Below are positions 18,577 to 23,283 of a stretch of DNA of 25,416 nucleotides, piece by piece. Both the position numbers and the translations under genes were made by a program. The stretch is from a virus (lineage: Duplodnaviria; Caudoviricetes), in the IMG/VR virus record IMGVR_UViG_3300030207_001989, positions 1-25,416 of that record; one strand, 5' to 3'. Each line of letters begins with the position of its first letter. Position 1 is the stretch's first letter. The notes under the pieces were generated by a model, which saw only the letters and a program-made list of their open reading frames with translations, had not been told where the DNA came from and ran no database searches.

Positions 18577-18590
18577 AGTATATAAAGGTT
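18577..18590 (-). promoter_or_regulatory. TATA promoter, probably giving a leaderless or near-leaderless transcript
   Basis: Minus strand AACCTTTATATACT; the TATA ends about 25 nt before ATG 18554. Confidence 0.7.
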
Positions 18591-18755
18591 GTGGAACCTA
18601 TCTATATTATGCTATGCTATATAGAGCTTATTATATAGGGTTAGTAGTGACCCTATGGTAAATAGCATATTCAAAAAATCACTCGATTTGTTAAACCCCC
18701 TAGACGACGTTTGGCATGGGTGCCCCCTCAGATTTTTAGACGGGGGATAGTGAAA

Positions 18756-18842
18756 GCGCGCCCAAAAAAAATATATTAACGCTTGGCGCCCCAAAAAACG
18801 CGACCGGAACGCCAAAAAGCTCCCCACACGACGCCCAAAAAA
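18756..18842 (+). repeat. Four CGCC(C)-A-tract repeats in the divergence region
   Basis: gcgcgcccAAAAAAAA, ggcgccccAAAAAA, cgccAAAAA and cgcccAAAAAA, with A-tracts starting at 18764, 18793, 18814 and 18837. Confidence 0.7.
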
Positions 18843-18867
18843 TTTTGTCGACGATAGCCCCGACCCC

Positions 18868-18912
18868 AACGCTTATATATAGCGTATACACTGTATTGAC
18901 AGAGGTAAGCAA
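18868..18912 (+). promoter_or_regulatory. First rightward promoter and SD
   Basis: AACGCTTATATATAG...AGAGGT-N6-ATG. Confidence 0.65.
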
Positions 18913-19239
18913 ATGAACGAAAACTATTACATCTATAAATTAGCCAGACAATCAGAAAAGACATCATATCATTTTTATGACATCGAGTCTTTTACACCAT
19001 CTGAGGACAGCATCAGCAAGAACGCTGTATATTACGGACTAACTCAAGACCCGCAATCAAGATTGAGCAAACACCGACCTAAAAAAGGTCATGACATCAG
19101 CTTGATAGTTGTGGCTGAATTTGATAATCCATGGGAAGCTTTAGAACATGAAGCTAAATTGGTAGCTACACACTACCGTGAGTATGGCAGTGAGCCAGAA
19201 CTTCAAGGCATGGCCAACACTGGCCACAGGAGGGCCTAA
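18913..19239 (+). CDS. Stand-alone GIY-YIG-family nuclease domain (108 aa)
   Basis: 'YYIYKL...VYYGLT...RLSKH...ALEHE' follows the GIY-YIG motif order (Y, Y-G, R, H, E). Confidence 0.65.
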   Translation: MNENYYIYKLARQSEKTSYHFYDIESFTPSEDSISKNAVYYGLTQDPQSRLSKHRPKKGHDISLIVVAEFDNPWEALEHEAKLVATHYREYGSEPELQGMANTGHRRA

Positions 19240-19242
19240 GCG

Positions 19243-19287
19243 AAACCTTTATTAATAGGGTCGCTATGTGTAATACGAGGTAAAAAT
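19243..19287 (+). promoter_or_regulatory. Rightward promoter (variant) and SD
   Basis: AAACCTTTATTAATAGGGTCGCTATGTGTAATACGAGGT. Confidence 0.6.
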
Positions 19288-19428
19288 ATGAAACAATTAG
19301 AAATGATAAAATGTGAAATATGCTCAGACTCAGAAGCTGTATGCTTCTTAGACAATGTAAACGAAAACGGTGAAGTATGTCAATCATGCTTTGACGATGT
19401 ATACAACGGACATGGGGGTTACCTATGA
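19288..19428 (+). CDS. C4 Zn-finger microprotein (46 aa)
   Basis: MKQLEMIKCEICSDSEAVCFLDNVNENGEVCQSCFDDVYNGHGGYL; GAGGT SD; two CxxC motifs. Confidence 0.7.
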   Translation: MKQLEMIKCEICSDSEAVCFLDNVNENGEVCQSCFDDVYNGHGGYL

Positions 19429-19511
19429 TAGAGGTCTTAGGTATGGTGTTTGTTGTGAGTGTCTACGCTACCGTGTGGTTTTACTCTATGATGGAGGCAT
19501 TTGACTTATGA
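19425..19511 (+). CDS. 28-aa single-TM micropeptide
   Basis: MIEVLGMVFVVSVYATVWFYSMMEAFDL, with ATGA overlaps at both ends. Confidence 0.6.
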   Translation: MIEVLGMVFVVSVYATVWFYSMMEAFDL

Positions 19512-19750
19512 GCGCAATGTTAGAAAGATATATCAGAAGGGCTGAAGCCAGCCCATCATTAAGCACCGAGCAACTCAGAAATGAGTCCAACGCTTACAAT
19601 AATATCAGGTCACACATAATGGCTTGGGATTCATTAGCAAAAGATTCTAGAAATAAAAATGACTGGAATAACTTTGCTAAGTATGTTTTGAAAGAAATTC
19701 AAAGTATGGCAACAACTATTAAACGAGCAGAAAAGGAGGTGAAAGAGTGA
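19508..19750 (+). CDS. Hypothetical helical protein (80 aa)
   Basis: GGAGG SD and ATGA overlap. Confidence 0.75.
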   Translation: MSAMLERYIRRAEASPSLSTEQLRNESNAYNNIRSHIMAWDSLAKDSRNKNDWNNFAKYVLKEIQSMATTIKRAEKEVKE

Positions 19751-19887
19751 AATTAGAAATCGAATTGGATAAATATGATATCGGTCAAATGCAAAAAAAC
19801 CGATACGGTCATGACAATGTTTTGACCCGTGGTTATATGTTGGATATATTACACGATATCGTAGACCAAATCCACGAACAGCTATAA
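19747..19887 (+). CDS. 46-aa hypothetical protein
   Basis: GTG start with GTGA overlap and a GGAGGTGA SD: MKLEIELDKYDIGQMQKNRYGHDNVLTRGYMLDILHDIVDQIHEQL. Confidence 0.65.
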   Translation: MKLEIELDKYDIGQMQKNRYGHDNVLTRGYMLDILHDIVDQIHEQL

Positions 19888-19934
19888 GTATATATAGCCC
19901 ATTCGCCGGAAAAGAGGGTATATAAAGCCCTCAA

Positions 19935-19957
19935 TTTTTCCACACGTGTGAAAAAAA
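19935..19957. repeat. Palindromic cassette-boundary repeat, copy 1
   Basis: TTTTTCCACACGTGTGAAAAAAA, preceded by the hairpin GAGGG-TATATAAAG-CCCTC. Confidence 0.85.
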
Positions 19958-20093
19958 GCAGCTGGCGCGCCAAAAAACGCGAGCGGGATTTTTTCCTTTA
20001 TATACCCCAATATAGGATTTTAGGGTTCACGACGATAGGCCCCAAGCAAACTAATATATCATCCCTCGCTATAGGTATTATAGAGGTAATCAA

Positions 20094-20207
20094 ATGAAAC
20101 AAATACAAAATTGCGAAGATTGTGGCCTAGAATTTGCCGAGCTATACGGCGGACTGTGTGAAGATTGTGATTCACAAATGTTTATGACATTCTGGACAGG
20201 TGAGTAA
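20094..20207 (+). CDS. C4 Zn-finger microprotein (37 aa)
   Basis: MKQIQNCEDCGLEFAELYGGLCEDCDSQMFMTFWTGE; AGAGGT SD; promoter variant at 20048-20081. Confidence 0.7.
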   Translation: MKQIQNCEDCGLEFAELYGGLCEDCDSQMFMTFWTGE

Positions 20208-20306
20208 ATGAACTGTGAGAATTGTAATAAAGATGTTTCGAAAGTATCATACACACTTTACAACTCAGAACTCTGTTGGGAGTGCTGGGTCGACTTTAGG
20301 GGATAA
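20208..20306 (+). CDS. C4 Zn-finger microprotein (32 aa)
   Basis: MNCENCNKDVSKVSYTLYNSELCWECWVDFRG; AGGTGA SD; abuts the upstream stop codon. Confidence 0.7.
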   Translation: MNCENCNKDVSKVSYTLYNSELCWECWVDFRG

Positions 20307-20347
20307 CCTTATATAGACAGTGCCTATTGGTAATACAGAGGAAAACC
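20305..20347 (+). promoter_or_regulatory. Rightward repeated promoter
   Basis: AACCTTATATAGACAGTGCCTATTGGTAATACAGAGG. Confidence 0.75.
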
Positions 20348-20461
20348 ATGAACACAATACAAATAATGGAAAAGATAGTAAAGGATTGCGACCGAAGAAT
20401 CGCAGAAATAAAATTCAGACAAAATGAATTACTAAGAAAAGGAATGGAGGAAAACGAATGA
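20348..20461 (+). CDS. 37-aa coiled-coil micropeptide
   Basis: MNTIQIMEKIVKDCDRRIAEIKFRQNELLRKGMEENE; GAGGAAAAC leader. Confidence 0.6.
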   Translation: MNTIQIMEKIVKDCDRRIAEIKFRQNELLRKGMEENE

Positions 20462-20529
20462 ACACATACCAAAAATGGTTAATCAGTCACATGGTTAACG
20501 TATCATACGCAACAAGAAAACTAGGATAA
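20458..20529 (+). CDS. 23-aa micropeptide
   Basis: MNTYQKWLISHMVNVSYATRKLG; GGAGG SD and ATGA overlap; shares the GAGGAAAACNNTGAACACA context with the preceding gene. Confidence 0.5.
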   Translation: MNTYQKWLISHMVNVSYATRKLG

Positions 20530-20539
20530 ACAGTTCAAA

Positions 20540-20819
20540 CCTCGAAAGGGTGGGAAGATGAAAATAGCAAAATAGTATTGCACCCACCCCGACGATTATG
20601 TTCCGTGAGTCCCCGAACACTGTAAGATGTGGCCCAAGGAGTAGGCGCACCCAACGGAAAGGGCAAGTGTATGAGTCAGTCTAATAAACTGTCCAGCATC
20701 GGGGACAATAGGAGACGCCTGACAAGTGAAGGCGAAGGGCCGTGCACTTAATGACCGCCCGAACGTTAAACGTAGCGACGTATCTCCAGCCCGGCCGTGC
20801 TGAGGTCAGCCGGGCGCCC
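20540..20819 (+). ncRNA. Candidate structured, multiply pseudoknotted RNA A (~280 nt)
   Basis: GC-enriched and without a credible ORF. Complementary segments: GGGTGGG/CCCACCC, GTCCCCGA/TCGGGGAC, TTCCGT/ACGGAA, GGCCC/GGGCC, AAGTGTAT/GTGCACTT, GGAGA/TCTCC, CGCCT/AGGCG and GCCCGGC/GCCGGGC. Confidence 0.6.
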
Positions 20820-20870
20820 TTTTCCACACGGGTGGAAAAACCTTTATATAGGCAGACCCGTTGGTATATT
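20820..20870 (+). repeat. Palindromic repeat copy 2 fused to a promoter
   Basis: TTTTCCACACGGGTGGAAAAA-CC-TTTATATA-GGCAGACCCGTTGGTATATT-ATG. Confidence 0.85.
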
Positions 20871-21023
20871 ATGACTAGAAAGCATTTTAGAAAGATAGCT
20901 AGCATTCTCAGAGAGAGAAAAGCAGACCCTCTGCTAATAAGGGACTTCGCCAGAATGTGCGCCGGTGAGAATCAATATTTTGATTGGGACCGTTTTTATA
21001 TCGCGGCAGGATTGGAGGAGTAA
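20871..21023 (+). CDS. 50-aa hypothetical protein, leaderless
   Basis: ATG 20871 lies 21 nt after the TATA box and is preferred over the track start 20742: MTRKHFRKIASILRERKADPLLIRDFARMCAGENQYFDWDRFYIAAGLEE. Confidence 0.75.
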   Translation: MTRKHFRKIASILRERKADPLLIRDFARMCAGENQYFDWDRFYIAAGLEE

Positions 21024-21053
21024 AGCTTATATAGGCACACTCATTGGTATACT
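21022..21053 (+). promoter_or_regulatory. Rightward repeated promoter
   Basis: AAAGCTTATATAGGCACACTCATTGGTATACT-ATG. Confidence 0.75.
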
Positions 21054-21263
21054 ATGACAAAAATACAAGACATGAGAAACGACTTTCGTTTCCGCCGAGC
21101 ACCACGCAGAACCCAAACTAAAAACATGGTAGACAAAGGAGTCCTTGACCAATTGACCGCCATCAGAATGGGATTAACAGACGACCCACGTAACCCTTTG
21201 AAGATTGAGGGTGAGGACGAGGAGCAAATGTTCCTACACAATAATGTGAGTGTGTGGGAATGA
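21054..21263 (+). CDS. 69-aa hypothetical protein (basic N-terminus, acidic C-terminus), leaderless
   Basis: The ORF starts at the expected transcription start of the 21022 promoter. Confidence 0.7.
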   Translation: MTKIQDMRNDFRFRRAPRRTQTKNMVDKGVLDQLTAIRMGLTDDPRNPLKIEGEDEEQMFLHNNVSVWE

Positions 21264-21406
21264 GAAGCATCTTAGATATTCTAGACGATATGATTATCTC
21301 TGGTGTGCAAGGAATAGACTACGCAGTTGTATGCGGGTGTGAAGATGCACCCTGCTGTGGCTGTCAGGATACAATATCAGGAGACATGAACCGAGATGAG
21401 TTATAA
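21260..21406 (+). CDS. 48-aa Cys-cluster microprotein (CGCEDAPCCGC)
   Basis: MRSILDILDDMIISGVQGIDYAVVCGCEDAPCCGCQDTISGDMNRDEL; ATGA overlap. Confidence 0.7.
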   Translation: MRSILDILDDMIISGVQGIDYAVVCGCEDAPCCGCQDTISGDMNRDEL

Positions 21407-21470
21407 CACACAAAGGAAAAGAAGCTGGAAGAAAGAAACAAATAAGATTATCAAAAAGGCCAACCAATAG
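21396..21470 (+). CDS. Possible 24-aa basic peptide
   Basis: MSYNTQRKRSWKKETNKIIKKANQ, overlapping the previous gene's end; weak SD. Confidence 0.3.
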   Translation: MSYNTQRKRSWKKETNKIIKKANQ

Positions 21471-21513
21471 CTCGTTTGTTTTCAACCTCTAGGGGGGTAG
21501 GGCCTCCCCCCGC

Positions 21514-21565
21514 TTTTCCACGCGGGTGAAAAAATCTTTATATAGACCCTCACTATTGGTATAAT
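21514..21565 (+). repeat. Palindromic repeat copy 3 fused to a promoter
   Basis: TTTTCCACGCGGGTGAAAAAA-TC-TTTATATA-GACCCTCACTATTGGTATAAT-ATG, preceded by the hairpin GGGGGG-TAGGGCCT-CCCCCC (21492-21511). Confidence 0.85.
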
Positions 21566-21865
21566 ATGACAGAATACAAGGAGTCGAGTGAATATTCACC
21601 AAGCACGAAATACGAAGAATACAAAACAGGCCGAGGTAAAAACCCATGTGGTAAAACTGTAAAGGTTGATAACCCATATGAGATTTACAAGGGCAACGGT
21701 TTTGAATGGAGAGTATTAAAGAAATACCAAATGCCACATATGGAAAAAGCCAATATGTATGCTAGATGGTATTGTGCCGTGAGAAGCCCAATGACTTATG
21801 GTAGTTGGGAATACGGAGACGTCTACGTCCACGACGTCAAGAAATACGGAGAAAGGGTTAAATAG
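21566..21865 (+). CDS. 99-aa Tyr/Trp-rich hypothetical protein, leaderless
   Basis: ATG 22 nt after the TATA box; motifs 'WRVLKKYQ', 'ARWYCAVRSP' and 'WEYGDVY'. Confidence 0.8.
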   Translation: MTEYKESSEYSPSTKYEEYKTGRGKNPCGKTVKVDNPYEIYKGNGFEWRVLKKYQMPHMEKANMYARWYCAVRSPMTYGSWEYGDVYVHDVKKYGERVK

Positions 21866-21885
21866 ACCCTCTCTATTGGTATTAC
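21852..21885 (+). promoter_or_regulatory. Repeated promoter with no downstream ORF (would drive RNA B)
   Basis: AAAGGGTTAAATAGACCCTCTCTATTGGTATTAC, followed by a hairpin instead of an ATG. Confidence 0.7.
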
Positions 21886-22229
21886 AGAGAGAGTTTCAGG
21901 GGCCGAATCCCGACTCTCTCACTTATGGTTATAGACGTATAACATCGTATACGATTAGTGACCTGAGTATTTGAGACCAGAATAGACCATACGCCAGTAG
22001 ACGACAAGCAATAACAAACTCAAGCTGAACAAGTGCTGACCAATCCCTTACCGGTCGATGCGCATCTTAGTTGATTAACGACGTGTAGCTAACATTATGT
22101 ATCACCTTTTGCCTCACTTAGTCCCTGTTATAGACTTCGTCGTCGAAGCTATGAAGTAATTCTCTGCATCTCTTTACGCCCACCTCTCGTGAAGGATATC
22201 CTTTTGATTGGTGGCAGGTCACACCCGGA
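21886..22229 (+). ncRNA. Candidate structured RNA B (~340 nt) with its own promoter
   Basis: 5' hairpin GAGAGAGT/ACTCTCTC, hairpins GTTATA/TATAAC and ATCG/CGAT, long-range GTGACCTG(21958-65)/CAGGTCAC(22215-22), and several internal stems; no ORF. Confidence 0.65.
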
Positions 22230-22281
22230 TTTTCCACTCGTGTGAAAAAAGCTTTATATAGGGTCTCTCTATTGGTAATAC
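22230..22281 (+). repeat. Palindromic repeat copy 4 fused to a promoter
   Basis: TTTTCCACTCGTGTGAAAAAA-GC-TTTATATA-GGGTCTCTCTATTGGTAATAC-ATG. Confidence 0.85.
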
Positions 22282-22518
22282 ATGAGCCAAGCAACTCAAA
22301 CTAAGAGCTCTTTGCCATGGCAAGGAGCAGGAGAGACTGTCGAATACTTCGTAGAAGTCGGCACGACTCCATACGGTAAGTATGGATTATACAAAGAAAT
22401 GATTCCTGTCGGAACAGGAAGCAGAGGAAGACATATGGAAGTTGCCCGTGAGCTTCGTTTGTCAAACCCAGAGGTCTTTGAGAACCTAAACTTAAGACAA
22501 GTCGTCAGCAGGGGATAA
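22282..22518 (+). CDS. 78-aa hypothetical protein, leaderless
   Basis: ATG 22 nt after the TATA box. Confidence 0.75.
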   Translation: MSQATQTKSSLPWQGAGETVEYFVEVGTTPYGKYGLYKEMIPVGTGSRGRHMEVARELRLSNPEVFENLNLRQVVSRG

Positions 22519-22548
22519 GCTTAAGTAGAGCCTCTCTATTGGAGTAGT
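22516..22548 (+). promoter_or_regulatory. Rightward repeated promoter (variant)
   Basis: TAAGCTTAAGTAGAGCCTCTCTATTGGAGTAGT-ATG. Confidence 0.65.
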
Positions 22549-22881
22549 ATGACTAAAGCAAAAATGGATTACCTTTGGGCTCCTAAGTCTGAAGGTGTAG
22601 TAAGCGACATACTAAACCACATTGGTATCATAAAGGTCGGTGAGTCCGACCGATACCCTGCTGGTGTAAAGTATGACACTCTCATCGCAATCTCGGATGT
22701 CATTCATGGCAACGACGATTTCGGTTCGATGGTTGCATCTCGCACTCACGAACTACAAAGCAAACGAGAAACAACACCAAAAGCCCCTTCTGTTGATTCA
22801 GTGGTTGGAGCTTTGGTTACAGGCAGAATGTCTGAAGAAGATTTGAAGAAAGCTATGAAAAAAGCTGGTCTTCTCAAGTAA
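22549..22881 (+). CDS. 110-aa hypothetical protein, leaderless
   Basis: The ORF starts at the expected TSS and has a short helical C-terminus. Confidence 0.75.
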   Translation: MTKAKMDYLWAPKSEGVVSDILNHIGIIKVGESDRYPAGVKYDTLIAISDVIHGNDDFGSMVASRTHELQSKRETTPKAPSVDSVVGALVTGRMSEEDLKKAMKKAGLLK

Positions 22882-22894
22882 GCCAATATATCAA

Positions 22895-23190
22895 GCACCT
22901 GAGCAAGTCAGAAAACTGCTCGCCTTATACTTAAGGAAGTAGCTCTTCCTTATCGGGTATGGCTGAAGAAGTCCGCCACGGACTAAGGCACAGGGCACGC
23001 AAACCAAGAACCGACTGGTGGAGGAATGCGTGACTGGTATGGGTTAATACTGTAGTGGCATAAACCCATTGGAGGTATACAGCAAGGCCTCCTACCCACC
23101 TTACATTGATGCCCCTAGACCATCGTTAACGACGCGAACGAATCGAGATGGAAATGCTTTACCGGCGCCGGTATATAAGTCAGGGGCTCA
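22895..23190 (+). ncRNA. Candidate structured RNA C (~300 nt)
   Basis: Consecutive stems GAGCA/TGCTC, TAAGGAAG/CTTCCTTA, AGTCCG/CGGACT, CACGCA/TGCGTG, ATGGGTT/AACCCAT and GGAGG/CCTCC, then GCCCCT/AGGGGC enclosing CCATC/GATGG and ACCGG/CCGGT; no ORF. Confidence 0.65.
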
Positions 23191-23196
23191 TCTTTA

Positions 23197-23215
23197 TTTT
23201 TCCACGCGTGTGAAA
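23197..23215. repeat. Palindromic repeat copy 5 (no TATA box follows)
   Basis: TTTTTCCACGCGTGTGAAA. Confidence 0.8.
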
Positions 23216-23283
23216 CTTTTTCGCGTCCTCTCAGCTTAGCTCGACTAAGTATTTTTTTTTATCTCAGTAGGGCCTAGGGCCCC

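Noticed and set aside
376-18585. Plus-strand ORFs in the track over the structural block (e.g. 376..906, 5305..5658, 8964..9350, 9948..10616, 11405..11836, 17604..18002)
   Set aside because: They are antisense shadows of well-supported minus-strand genes, with no SD, promoter or recognisable motifs.
18612-18967. Minus-strand ORFs 18612..18869 and 18776..18967
   Set aside because: They translate repeat and A-tract DNA into low-complexity Phe/Arg/Gly sequence and have no initiation signals.
20742-20870. N-terminal extension of the 20742..21023 ORF
   Set aside because: It would run through the RNA A hairpin, the palindrome and the TATA box. ATG 20871 fits the leaderless pattern.
22960-22990. 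Hammerhead ribozyme core (CTGAAGA followed by a stem)
   Set aside because: The stem is followed by AAGG rather than the required GAAA, and no stem I/III with an NUH site was found.
20530-23200. tRNA, tmRNA, RNase P or group I intron identity for the structured segments
   Set aside because: I found no cloverleaf with a TTCRA T-loop, no GAGGAAAGTCC-type RNase P motif, no P7-type group I core and no interrupted ORF.
19935-23215. CRISPR array (palindromic repeats near a Cas4-like gene)
   Set aside because: The repeats are only ~21 bp and degenerate, and they are separated by 700-970 bp containing genes. There is no cas1, cas2 or effector gene.
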